Shown: piece by piece, positions 1 through 11,778 of the stretch
How positions within the stretch are numbered: the first letter of the stretch is position 1
Layout: each line of letters begins with the position of its first letter
Assembly: GCA_964106645.2 (NCBI GenBank)
Contig: OZ067043.1
Strand: one strand, 5' to 3'
Source: Podarcis pityusensis
Lineage: Eukaryota
DNA: 64,000 nucleotides
Position numbers and translations under genes: made by a program
Notes under the pieces: generated by a model
Seen by the model: only the letters and a program-made list of their open reading frames with translations
Told to the model about the DNA's origin: nothing
Databases searched by the model: none

Positions 1-3000
1 AAAAGTGTGCCAACTCATGCAAATAATCAGCAGCTCCGTTCGTTGTGAGCATTGCATCAATTCTGATGCCTGGCCAAGCAGGAATACTTAATATCCAAGC
101 CCCTTTCTTTCTTAGAGCAATTAAGTTAAAAGTGTGTGTGGGGGGTGTAATTAAGAAAACATATTTTTATAGTTAAAGAAATAAGGGGTTGGGGGGGGCG
201 AGATTGTGCAGCATAACATTGATTTCTATGAGTAAAGTTTTCTACTTATCCACTCCCCCTTCCCCTGTGCTCCAGAATTGCGGGCAGATGTTTGTGTGAA
301 TCTAAAGCCGAGGTTTGCTGTATGAGGATTCAGAGTGCAAGAGAGAAACAAAAATGAAGTATGCAATAGATGGAGAGGCAGCCTTTTGGATGCTAATCCT
401 TTGGCCTGCCTTAGGGATGCTGTTTCCATGCAGCCATTTCAGTGTTTCCTGGAGATACGCATCTGAGCCAAAGAGAGGTTTTGAAATCTGTGTTCAAGGC
501 TAATAATAATAGTAATGCTACTTCTACCAATAAATGTACAGAACACTCTCGTTTCGTTCACACAGACTCCTTAAAGCAGCTGGAGAAAACTGAACGTCTC
601 TTTGGTGGAGGAGAGTTCAGTTCTATCAGCTGGGTTGCATCCTGCTACTTTTATACATTAAGAACTCACAGCACTAAGTAGCACTCAATTAATGGGAAAG
701 TTCTACATTAGAATATGAGAGATCAAGGAAGTTGTAGGAAAGCAATCATATGGCTATATAAAAAGCTACAGATGTAAGTGCTGAAAAATAAAACTGACAC
801 CCAAATCCTCCCAACTCTGTTTCTAAAAGTGACTGTGTGAGACACAGTGAACAATCTTAAAAGCATTTCAGATCCTTGAGGAAAAGTGTGGATGCGTTTG
901 TATGTGTCATACAAGCACAAACACTTGCTTCTGCCTGTATTTACAAAAATAAATGCAGGATCACTTCTTTTCTTGCTCAGAGCTTTAGTTCTATGCATTT
1001 ATCTATGTTAGGGATCAAAGAAGGTGCCTCCCAAGGTTCTGCTCAAACAACATTTGTTTTCATTTACAGTGAAATCATGTGAAAGAAGTGAGAAAAATAA
1101 TACAGCATGCTTTTAAACAAGTGAAGAGAGCTCCCCTTTAGTGCCTTATAAAAGGAAACTGAGACCCCATTCACATGCAGTGTTATCCTTGGCCCTCTTC
1201 CCCACACTTGCACTGTAGGAAATGGCACACACAGAGGAAAAACTATTCACTGTAGTTTGAAAGTAATGAAGTGAATCCGGTTTTTAATACCTGCATAAAA
1301 AATGAATGCAAGACGTTCAGGAAAAGCATCTAGTGCAGGGTTGAGATTAAGCTAGGCAAGGCAAGGCATATACTAAAGCACATACAGTCACTCAATGGGC
1401 TTGGGTATTTTATTTTAGAAGGTTATGCCGCTGTTCACTTTCTTTACAATATACCGGGACTCGAATATAATGTGCTGTCTCTGCTGCATACAAATCTGTT
1501 CATTTCAGTAAGCCCAAAACAACACTGCTAGCTATTTAAGTAGAACAAATATGGTCCACCCACTTAGAGGCATTAATTTTCCCTATGAAAAACAGTGCAT
1601 GTCAAACCTCCAGGAGCATTTGGTGCAACTTTAAGGCTCATGATCATGGCTACCTTCAGGATCCTGGTTCCAGATATCTCTGAAGATCAGTTGCTGGGAA
1701 TCACAAGCAGAAGAGTGCTAATTCACTCATCTCATGCTTGTCAGCTTCTAGGTTAGAGGTATTATGGTTTCAATCTGGAATCCTTTTCTGAAAATAAAAT
1801 TTTCAGAATGTTGGGGACCGTTATCTCATCTGCACTGCAGGGAAAATCTGCAACACTGCTCAAGTCTCTGGTAAAAGTTCACACTTTGTCCTAAGCTGGC
1901 ATCAGTTATAAAGCACACAATCCTAACACTTAACAATATTTCTCATTGAAATCAATGAAAGTTACCTTTAAACAAGATGCTTCAAATCAGGCTGCAAGTG
2001 TTCCGCATGGTTACTGCGCCTATAACGCTTTATCCAGATCTCTGAAAATCCCATATTCATACAACTGTGTTTTTGTTGCAACACCCTGCATTCCGAAGAT
2101 GGCAGGGGGATTTGTTTCCTGTGGAATTAGCACTCGCTTAAAAGCCTCACCCATTTCAGCAGATGAAAGCAAGACCAGCCGTCATCCTAAGTAAAGCTAA
2201 CACAGCAACTCGGAAAGCAGCTGTTAGCAGTAGTAAGTAATCAAAACAGAGTGAAGGAAGCAGAGAGCAGCACAAACACAAAGGAACATTGTGCCCATAA
2301 GGCGATTCAGGGGTTGGCTCCAAGGACACAAGATGAAAGGGTGTGTTTTTTTAATTGACTATATAAAATGAGTGGGGAAGGGAAGCTTTCTGCTACTGTC
2401 AGCTAGCAGCATTAGGATAACAATTGTGAAAATGCTCCAGGGAGGCTCACTCAAGTTCCCAACAGACTGTGCCCACATCACCAACATCATGACCAGGACA
2501 AGATCTCATTTAAGAGAATTAGCGTTGAGAACATTCTCCTCCTTCATTCTGTCTGAGATTTTTTTTTCTTTCTGTCTGAGATTTTATCTGCTCTCTCTCT
2601 CACACACACCCCCGTGTCTTGGGCAGATAGGAAACTGAAGCCACAATCAGCATTTCTACTGTCAAGAGAAAGGTGGTGGGAGTCATCTGCTCATGCCACT
2701 AGTAAAATCAAAATAAAGCGCAGGTGCACAAATTCATGCTAAATAACTGTGTGGTCTCTCTTCAATAACTTTACCAGCCTAGCTAAGCAACTTTTGCATA
2801 CGTTCAATTGCTGGATTTTGACTCACTACCTCCTTGAAGTTCTACAGAAAAAGAGAATATGTGTAAATATTTATGGCTCTTACTGTCTCTTTCTAGTATT
2901 CTCCTCCTAGTTACTGAAGAGAATATGCTATGCACATTCCATATGTCAGCTGAATATTTGATTTATTGCATTTCCATGCTGCTTTTCATTCAAATGAATC

Positions 3001-3351
3001 TTAAAGTGGCTTACAAACAATAAATAACAATCACATAATAAAAATCACAAATGCAGCATCAATCATATAAAATAATTAACAAATCATCTCTAAAACAATT
3101 ACAATCTATAAAACACTATTAACAGAGCAGCAACTAAAGAATTAAGCTAAACATCACAATTACAGCAAAAAGCATATTATATGATTAACAATCAATACAG
3201 CATTTATAATCTATAAAACAATATTAACAACATCAACAAAACAGCAACTAAAAAAACAAGCTAAGCACTACTAGGTTCATGCAGACACTCTGCATGCCTC
3301 CATGATTCATGATCCTTCATTCTATTTAGTTCATTAAAATACACATAAAAT

Positions 3352-3521
3352 ACCCATAATGCCCGTTGTTAAGCTGGCTCAGCCAGATGCTGTGCTGGCT
3401 GGGGTCCTCAGGTTGTGGACCATGATGGAGATGGTGGGACTCTTGGGCCTACCGCCAGTGGAAACGTTGATATTGACTCTGGGTAGCCTGCCCACATTGC
3501 TCTCAGTAATCAGGGGGTTCA
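3352..3521 (-). pseudogene. OTUD1: Degenerate OTUD1-like OTU-domain fragment
   Basis: Manual translation gives NPLITESNVG / AGYPE / VNINVSTGGRPKSPTISIMVHNL / PEDPSQHSIWLSQLNNGHYG. This resembles recalled OTUD1 (SPLIEGDVG...AGYPE...VNIHLTTGGRLESPTVSTMIHYLGPEDSLRPSIWLSWLSNGHYD), with frameshifts and internal deletions. Confidence 0.8.
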
Positions 3522-3523
3522 CT

Positions 3524-3695
3524 CCTACTTGAGGAAGCCTGAGACAAGCCTATCCCTTGGGGCAGCGAATCACGACTGCACTCAGTGCAGAGGCCAACCA
3601 GGAAGTCCAGAAGTGCCTCCACGCTCAGGATGCTCATGCTGTAGCCCATCCACCAGCAGCTGCTCCAGCTTCTTCAGCTGCACCTTGGCCAACAA
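3524..3695 (-). pseudogene. CDC42BPB: Degenerate CDC42BPB (MRCK-beta) N-terminal/exon-1 fragment
   Basis: Manual translation gives LLAKVQLKKLEQLLVDGLQHE / ILSVEALLDFLVGLCTECSRDSLP / DRLVSGFLK*. Recalled CDC42BPB reads MSAKVRLKKLEQLLLDG...[34 protein letters not shown]. The ATG is lost, there are two frameshifts, and Trp has become TAG. Confidence 0.8.
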
Positions 3696-5202
3696 GTGCT
3701 AAACTTGGTTCATGTACGCAACCAGCCCTGGGTGTTGGCAGCCGCCTTTCTTGCCATCGCATTCAATCTTTGGTCTGAAGGTTCTGCTGCTATTTTATTT
3801 TATATATTAAAAAAAACTTCATTATGTAGAGCCTTCCCACTGCTCTTTGGCTATTGCTAATCTTGGACAGTACTTCCAAGTACTTCCTGATTGCAACAGG
3901 TTACAGTACTTCTGTGTCGTCGTCGTCGTCTTCTCAGCTTCCTTGGGCTATACTAGCTTCTGCTCAGGTCTCTATTCTCATTTCCTCCAGCTCCTGTTCC
4001 ACTTCCTTGTAAATTGTAAGTTGGACTGAACAGTCAGCATTTGGCTCACCTTGAATTTCATGCCTAGATTACCTTTCATTGGAAAAGTCACTTGCCTTGT
4101 TGCTGTGATCTTGCTTTCATTAACCATATTTCTAAAACCAAGAGGTAGTACAGAAATATTTATATAAATAATATGCACAATCCCTAGTCTGGAACACAAT
4201 GAGACTTTCCCTTGAGAGAAACCCTGATTCCAATTCCTTCCATATTGACACCGGGCTGGCTTTGCTAAATACTGAAAGCTGAATTTTGAGGAGTGCGGCC
4301 ACCTTATTTTTTATTTTTTATTATTGTATACCATCCTATACCCAGAGGTCTTGCTCCTATGACTTTAGCAGCAACACACAAACATATTTAAAGAGCTGAT
4401 TAAGTTCATGCCAGGAAAAGTCACACCTGCTTAACTGTTCACATCCAACTGTTTCTAAAAGCACTGGAGCAAGGCCAGTAAAAAGGTTACTGTGTCTTTC
4501 CTGCGGTCAGCCATCTCCTTCTTCCTCTGAGTGGAACTTTCCTCCAAGTTGAAAAAAATAAGTGTAGACTTGGCTTCAGCAAGGCAGTGTTTAAGTATGG
4601 CCTGCCTATGGTGGTGCCATTTTGCATACTTCACAGTATTACACAGCTCAAGTTATTGTGACACATGTACCTTTTCTGTCTATGAGTATAAACCTCATGA
4701 GAAGAAAATTTAGCAAAGGGGGGCGGCGGTGAGAGGACAATAATCTCTGCAATGTTTACAAGTGCAGTGGGGGATAAGAGACTGGTGACCCTGTGAGGCT
4801 GATCATGTTCTCAAACCAAATCCCCACAACTGATTTTCTAGTCAGCAATCTAATCACTCCCTCCACTGGCAAACTCAGATTCTGAGTTTTTGTGCAAAGT
4901 CACATGTTTTATTTACTACATCTATGCGTGCCCAGGCAAGATGTATCTTATGGGAAATAACACAGAAGTTAGATAGCTAAAATGTAGCATGGAATGTTTC
5001 TTCTAGTGTGCCACTTTTAATCACCATTTGCACAGGAGTATTTTAGAATCTGCCCAGTTTACAGTTTCAGGATTTGCTGGCCACCTCTGCAGAAATTCAT
5101 TTCTCACATGAAATGCTTAACATGCTTTTCGTGATCCTTCTGCTTCACACAGGAGCCTTTTAGCACTGTCTCCTACTGCTCTTTACCGGGGCAGTCCCTA
5201 TA

Positions 5203-5444
5203 CAGTGGTACCTCAGGTTAAGTACTTAATTCGTTCCGGAGGTCCGTTCTTAACCTGAAACTGTTCTTAACCTGAAGCACCACTTTAGCTAATGGGGCCT
5301 CCTGCTGCCACTGCGCCGCAGGAGCACGATTTCTGTTCTCATCCTGAAGCAAAGTTCTTAACCTGAAGCACTATTTCTGGGTTAGCAGAGTCTGTAACCT
5401 GAAGCGTATGTAACCTGAAGCGTATGTAACCCAAGGTACCACTG
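5203..5444. mobile_element. Non-autonomous Tc1/mariner-type MITE
   Basis: TIRs CAGTGGTACCTC...GGTACCACTG with TA on both sides; near-identical copies at 17110 and 55770. Confidence 0.85.
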
Positions 5445-7756
5445 TATTCTGGTACCTTACCTGCCCCATTTTTGCTTTCGGATAAGATGATGGAAGAAGA
5501 GCTGTGGCTCAGTGGTACGGATCTACTTTGCACGCAGAAGATCCCAGACCCAGATTGGCTTCAGTAATGTTGCCCCATCATTGCCCCACTGAAGTGAATA
5601 GAACCCAGTGGTAAGCACCAGTCAGTCTAGGGGACAGTGACATGTGTCAGGTTGCTACAATAGTAGTCTAAAATACATGTAACCCCCCTGTAGACTTCAA
5701 TGCCAAAAGTTCTGAACTGAACTTGCTTTTTTAAAAAATATGTTTTTTAAAGTGCTTATGATCTGTTTTCGGATTTCCTGATGGACTAGCAGCTGTTGAC
5801 AATGCCCTCTACTCAAGTGGCACAGTGCTTTGTGAAATAACTTACTATTAAATTATTCAGCTCTTCAAGCATCTGGCATGACCGTATGCCTGCATTTTTC
5901 TCACCCTATAAAATTAGCACACACTGCTAATTTTAAGTATGGATTGAGTCCATTTAAATCTTTAAATTTGTGGTTACAATATCTGGCATCAGTACACATT
6001 TTATTTTTATAAGGTAGTTTGCCAATTGAATATTTTTTGTCCCGGGATCTGCACTAATCCAGCTGGATCCAATTTCCTCCTTTCCCCCCAATAAATTGCA
6101 TATTTTTGTTACAACACTTGATCCAACCAACAGAACACCCTTTTCACATTATACGTTGCATTTATATAGCATGTATCAAGCATTCAAAGCCTTTAATGTG
6201 CATGAGCTCAGGAGTCCTTAAAACTTCCCAGTATAGTAGGCTAGCACTATTCTCTCTTTATTGCAGAAGGAGAGACAAAGAGAAAACAGAGGGTTCCCCT
6301 ATCACTCAGGTGAAAATTCAAACTGTAGACTTACTGCATTAGAATAGCCTTCTTAAGACATTCTGCTTATGTGCAAATAACAACATGCAAGTGGGGATGA
6401 GAATGTTAAGTTCTGATCGTCCTGTCCATATTTCCCTCTACAAGGGTAATATTCTTAAAAAGCTGTGGGGTGGTGTTTTTTTAATGCTGAAAAAATTGGA
6501 GTGCTAAATCATGTAGGAAGCTTCCATGAGTACAGGAGGCTTTCTGCTTCAGATAGCAGCTCATGGAGGCAAGAAGGATGGCAATGGCAGGAGCTTAACA
6601 CATTTGTCACTCCCGTGTTGCTTTTACAGCAAGAGTAGAACACCTGGAGGGGGATAGTAGCATGAGGCATTACTCCTCAAACTAAATGGAGTACTACTTC
6701 CACTATGTCATTCTTACAACAACGCCTTACATCTCTTTGTCTCACTTATGCATTTTACACGATTTCCCTTTTAACCTATAAAGGGAATGTCTTTAAAAGC
6801 ATCCCTTCATAAGGTATTTCTTATGACCAGCACCCATGGCAGATTGTGAGGTTAACAGTGGAAACTCAGAAGAAGCAGCCCAAAGAGGAAGCCATAAAGG
6901 AAGGTGAATTAATGGAGAAGAGACACAATACAGTAGGAAGGCCTGGTGAGCAGAACCTTGGTGCCCCAAAAGTTTGGGAATCAAATTTAGATTTTCAAAG
7001 ACTACAGAGGAGCAAGCACCATTCCAGCAGGACATCTATTTCAATTTGTACTCACTGCCATTAAAGTAAGGCCATATGTTAGCAGTCCACTGCCTGCTTT
7101 GTGTACACAAACATATGAGGCAGCAGCCAATTCCCAGAACTGAATTTACGAGGAAGGGTCAACAGCTAATGAGTTTATACATTGGTTTATGCCTAGGATT
7201 TATTTTTATTTAAGTTTTTCAGAAAAATAATAATTCCCATTTTTGTTTTTCCAAGTACAGTATATTATTTTCAGGTTTGTGTATGAGAGCAGCTGCCACT
7301 GTGCTCTTTTGGTACTGTCCCAGACCTTCTCAGGTGGCAAAGCATATCTCTTTGGCAGACAACCAATCATACTGGCTGTAAAACAGGAGGCGCTGCTAAG
7401 TGCATGCTACTGCTAGAGATAGCCAGAATGTCTGGAACGTTTCCCAAGGACATTAGACCATGGAACAACATCCCAAGGAATAGGCAAGTTATGGACAGGA
7501 GAAATAAATGAATCCTACAGTGCTTGTATTATGGAATCTCAACTTAAGCTCCATGAATAAAGCTTCTCTGTACTGTACTGCAACTGGTAGAAGAAAAAAT
7601 TAATAAAGCTCTACGCTCATTTCATTTCAGAGTACAAAGCCCCTAGAGAAATAAAAACAAATGATCCTGGTTATTTCCCAGGTAAAGTACTACTGCTGAA
7701 TGTGTGGGATTGTGTGCACACGCAAGATAAATAGATTGCAATTGGATGCAGAGGAT

Positions 7757-7766
7757 TTTATTTATT
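7757..7766 (-). terminator. Candidate poly(A) signals (two overlapping AATAAA) for the env transcript
   Basis: Plus-strand TTTATTTATT. These are the nearest canonical minus-strand AATAAA I found, ~960 nt downstream of the env stop, within an old LINE-tail-like AT tract. Confidence 0.3.
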
Positions 7767-8723
7767 TAAAAATATTTCTAGACTACTTTCTATTTAAAAA
7801 TACTGAATTGGTTTACAATATTAAAACATTAAAAAACATTTTTATATGCACACATATTAAAAATTCCAGGCTGTATGATCCAGTGTTAACGATCAGGAAA
7901 TGCAGAACCAATAGGTGTGCTTTCAATAAATGCCAGCAGCATGGATGGCTCCCATTCAACAGTCTGAATCCAAGGATTCTGTAGTGCAGGGTGGTTAGGG
8001 TTAGGCTCTGCCCTTTTCCCCAGCTCTGTGCTTGTGTTATTCATGTATAGGTCATAGCTGTGTAGAGCAAGTGCCCCGATCAAGCATAGCCAGTGTTCGA
8101 AACTCCCATTGTTCTAGGCGCCTTTTGCAACAGGGAATTTCTTTAGCTTGAGCAGTTTCTGAGCTCTGGGTACAGTACTGAGCCTAAGATTTCAGATTAA
8201 AACTGCAGGAGGACGTTTTTCTGCCTCCCCAGTTCCAGCTACTGTCTGAAGACTGGAGAAGAGACCCTCTTAAGAATATTAGGTGGGTGGGCAGGGGAAG
8301 GACTAGACTAAGTGAAAAATGAACATACGATTTTAGCTGCAGTTCATTCATTTTCAGCTTTGTATTCTTGTTATAAAAAAGCACGCCTAGACATTCTGTT
8401 GTTGCACCCATAACCTAGGATTAAGGTGCCATTTAGCTCCTAGCTTTCATATCTCAGTTTCTAAAACTGAGCATAGCCCTTCCATTTATACAGGATCTCA
8501 TGCACTGGGCTTTCCCTACTGACAACCACATACAACAGATCTTTCCTGTCTCTTCACAGCCATTCAACAGAATGTGACCGTTCTGGAGGTCAAGCATCTT
8601 GTCCTTAGCTGCTAGACCATGTCAGCTGACCATAAACAGACAAGATGGAAGCTTAAAATCACAATTGTGGTATCTGGCAACGTCCTTCCATTAAAGGAGT
8701 GTTTGCTCTAGCAAGTATTCCCA

Positions 8724-11084
8724 TCACAGGCTTCCTCTGGCGGCCTGTATCTGGTTCTCTAAATCATAAAGTCTTTGTGTTTGCCGCCTCATCCAGCTGA
8801 CCAGCAGCAACAAACTGATCACTAGCGCCACTTGAAATAATAAAATCACCACAATAGGGTGGAGAGCAATATTTAGCACTCCATTTGAACTTGGAGACCA
8901 TCCAAGAAGCACCTCCCACCAAGCGTGGTCTCCAGCAGATTTAACTGTGGCTACAATCTGGGCAATCTCCCTATTGCTATGCAGAATCTCAAGTGCAGCA
9001 TTTTCACCCATGTCTTTGATTTTCAACAATTCCTGCTTCAGGGAGGGGTGAGAAAGCAGGTTTTTCAGAGTAGAAAGGCCAAGGCCTAGAGAAATAGGCG
9101 AGATTTCTCGATACAAAGATGGGTAAGCCTTCATGTGCTGCACAGTCCAAACAGGTACCCGAAATTGGAAATCACAGCCTACAAGCACACTAATATTGCA
9201 AAAACAACGGTTAATATAAGGCAGCATAGGCTGGATAACCAGACCATTAATGATTACAAACTCACATGGCGTTCTTACACAAATACAGCCCTTCCCAGTA
9301 TACACAACAATAGAACTTTCTTCTTGGATTACATCAAAAGAGCAGTGGGAACTATTTACAAGCTGAGGAGAGAAGCATTCGTGGTGTTCTTCTAAACTGT
9401 TGTCATCACATACAAAGCCCAAGTTTTCCCTTTTCACACAACCTTGCACATTAACTGTTTGCCAGTCACCATTCCTCATCCGTGCCCACCTATTGGAGTC
9501 CCTGGAATACATGACCAAATCCTTGTCAATCTGGAATCCCAAGGGGACCACTGGATAGATTGGGATGATCTGGGTGGCTTCTACGGTTATTAAAAATAAC
9601 CGCAGCATATTCTGGGCAGAATCATAAGATGCATTTAGCAACCTCCACCAATTCTCCAAAGCTATTTCTCCTGAAGTGAGCTCTGGCCGAATTAAATTGC
9701 TCACCTCCATGGGAATGTTTCCCGCCTTGGCCTCTCGAATCATTCCCATGACTACATTCTGTGTGATTGCTTGTGCCTGTTCACATGCTAAAGCCAATGA
9801 AACATTGCTTTGGAGGGACTGGATTCCAGACACAATCAACATGCTGTCCTCTTCTAATATTGCTTCCCAGACTGGAAGCACTTTACTGATAGCTTGTGGT
9901 TGTTCTGTGAGCTGCAAGAGAGATTTGGTTAATGGAGCAGTCAGTTTCCCTATTTGTTTTGTGGAATATGAAAGTTTATTAGCCAAGACTTCTATGTTGG
10001 CTGCATCTATGAAAGAAAGACCTGCTCCTAGGGGCCCAAGCCAATCCATCAGTTCTCTTTTAACCCTTTCCCCATGATGTACTCCATCCCACATTTTAAC
10101 CCACTCCATCCAACCTCTGTGGCTGACTCCGAGAAAGGGAGCACATTGAGGTGCTCTCTGTGACACATTCAAACCCTCAAAATGAATCTGCACCTCCTTT
10201 AGTGAGGTCTGGGGGTGCATGACAATTTGTTCAGGCTGATCTAATTTCAACACATGAGACCCAATGATGGGGTTGGTCAAACGGCGAAGTGGGAGGATGT
10301 CTGTGATCAGGGGATTAAATGTAAGAATTGTTTTGTTTTGAGAGCCAAATTCTACCCGGTATGAACCTTGCTCACTTATTTCCTCTGTGATGGCAACAAA
10401 ACCATAGAATTTAAACCTAATAGAGGACATTTGTTGGTCACAGTGTGTCCCCCTGATCGGCACCACCCAGTCTGGTGGCCCCTGTTTAATTAAGTCCATT
10501 CCATTTAATTCCCACTCCTGAGATTCCCAATTAACGATTAGGCGGGTGATGTTCTTTCCAGAGGGCGAAATCAAGGACAGCTGGAACTGATCTCCAGGAA
10601 ACCTAGTGTTCTGGGTTCCAACAACAGTTCGCAGATGCAGCGGTGCACCAGGTTTCCATAAAGCAGCAGAAATGAGGGCAACATCGCACGAACCATCCTG
10701 GATGCTGCTGCTTTCGGCTGAACGAGAATCCAGATGTGTAGGCAAAGGTCGGCAAGAAACAGGAATGCGAACACTTGAACTGGCCGTCTGCATGCTGTAA
10801 CAAAAATGTCCAACTTCTCCACTGGTCTTGAGGGTGCAATTGGCTATGTCTCTCCAGTGGCAGCTGATTGAGTCTGAGACGGCATGGAACATGTAGAAGC
10901 TCTGGAACACTCCAGGGTTGGATCCATTGGCATACAATCCATGCATGCGACAAAGCAACCTTGCTTCAGCTACTCCTCCTTTCGGCAGACAGGCCCACAA
11001 CTTCACAGGGATGGCAGACACATTCGGGCTGGCAGAAACAACCATCCATCCGTTCCCCAGGAACAGCAGCAAAGGCAACAACAT
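8724..11084 (-). CDS. Intact retroviral-type envelope glycoprotein (env), 786 aa from the probable ATG; candidate domesticated ERV gene
   Basis: Single uninterrupted ORF (track 8724-11189). It contains a signal peptide MLLPLLLFLGNGWMVVSA, a furin site RVKR (10056-10067), a fusion peptide LMDWLGPLGAGLSFI, a heptad-like region and a Cys-rich ectodomain. These are followed by a Trp-rich membrane-proximal segment, a TM helix IVVILLFQVALVISLLLLVSWM and a ~21-aa tail. About 10 N-glycosylation sequons. Confidence 0.92.
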   Translation of the reverse strand: MLLPLLLFLGNGWMVVSASPNVSAIPVKLWACLPKGGVAEARLLCRMHGLYANGSNPGVFQSFYMFHAVSDSISCHWRDIANCTLKTSGEVGHFCYSMQTASSSVRIPVSCRPLPTHLDSRSAESSSIQDGSCDVALISAALWKPGAPLHLRTVVGTQNTRFPGDQFQLSLISPSGKNITRLIVNWESQEWELNGMDLIKQGPPDWVVPIRGTHCDQQMSSIRFKFYGFVAITEEISEQGSYRVEFGSQNKTILTFNPLITDILPLRRLTNPIIGSHVLKLDQPEQIVMHPQTSLKEVQIHFEGLNVSQRAPQCAPFLGVSHRGWMEWVKMWDGVHHGERVKRELMDWLGPLGAGLSFIDAANIEVLANKLSYSTKQIGKLTAPLTKSLLQLTEQPQAISKVLPVWEAILEEDSMLIVSGIQSLQSNVSLALACEQAQAITQNVVMGMIREAKAGNIPMEVSNLIRPELTSGEIALENWWRLLNASYDSAQNMLRLFLITVEATQIIPIYPVVPLGFQIDKDLVMYSRDSNRWARMRNGDWQTVNVQGCVKRENLGFVCDDNSLEEHHECFSPQLVNSSHCSFDVIQEESSIVVYTGKGCICVRTPCEFVIINGLVIQPMLPYINRCFCNISVLVGCDFQFRVPVWTVQHMKAYPSLYREISPISLGLGLSTLKNLLSHPSLKQELLKIKDMGENAALEILHSNREIAQIVATVKSAGDHAWWEVLLGWSPSSNGVLNIALHPIVVILLFQVALVISLLLLVSWMRRQTQRLYDLENQIQAARGSL

Positions 11085-11125
11085 CCTGGAAAACACCTGA
11101 GAGAAAGAGAACAGAAAAAGGATCT
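11085..11125 (-). promoter_or_regulatory. Splice acceptor feeding the env ATG
   Basis: Minus strand reads CTTTTTCTGTTCTCTTTCTCTCAG|GTGTTTTCCAGGATG: a polypyrimidine tract plus CAG (AG at 11098-11097), 12 nt before the ATG at 11084, which has A at -3. Confidence 0.8.
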
Positions 11126-11778
11126 CCGAAACCCCAGTTGCCTGGGTATGCATCACTACTGCAACTCTAGTTCTTTGATGAGGCATCATTGACAGGTGCA
11201 GAATCCATGAAAAAGAAGGGACTGCTGGTCCAAGTTAGCAATCAGAATGGCTACTAAGTGATGGACTGGATTCAGATTGAGACCAAGAATCCTGGGGGTA
11301 TATATTTCTGCTCAGAAAGCAGGTTATAACAAGGGACTAGTGGCCCACCTGGAATACATGCCAGTGGCATCAGCCAGCTAGCATATTTTACTTATTTTAC
11401 TAGCTTTCTTCCAGAATAATCTTTTCCAGATTTAGTATCCAGAAATCAGGGGATTTCTAGTGACCCAAGATTAAGAGATGCTTGGCATCCCTGAAAAGAG
11501 AAGAGAGAGAAACCCTTTTATTTAGTTGTCTACACACTTGGCATTCAACATGGAAATTTTTGGCTGTAATGCTCAACAGACAGTCAAAGAATAGCAAACC
11601 AATTTCTACTTTAATTATGAAATTTAAAAACTTTCCACTCCTCCCAACACTGGAAACTTCCACTCTGCATATTCTAGGGGAGTTCAACAATTATCAGTGT
11701 TTAAATACTTGTTTTTCTTTTCTTTTTTACTGAGATGACAGGACAATCCAGAATGTATTCTGGGCATGGGGATAGAGA

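Noticed and set aside
5220-5435. Recurrent TAACCTGAAGC units resembling a CRISPR-like array
   Set aside because: These are internal subterminal repeats of a eukaryotic MITE; spacing is irregular and there are no unique spacers or cas genes.
1-8700. PPARD coding exons
   Set aside because: No nuclear-receptor N-terminus or zinc-finger sequence found; coding exons presumably lie left of the window, so the PPARD assignment stays inferential.
11085-11189. 35-aa N-terminal extension of env given by the ORF track (start 11189)
   Set aside because: It translates the polypyrimidine tract and acceptor. The signal peptide begins at the ATG at 11084, so the extension is probably intronic, although a foamy-like leader peptide is not fully excluded.
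9135-11192. Short plus-strand and alternate-frame ORFs overlapping env
   Set aside because: Shadow ORFs of a real coding sequence; no sign of accessory-gene features.
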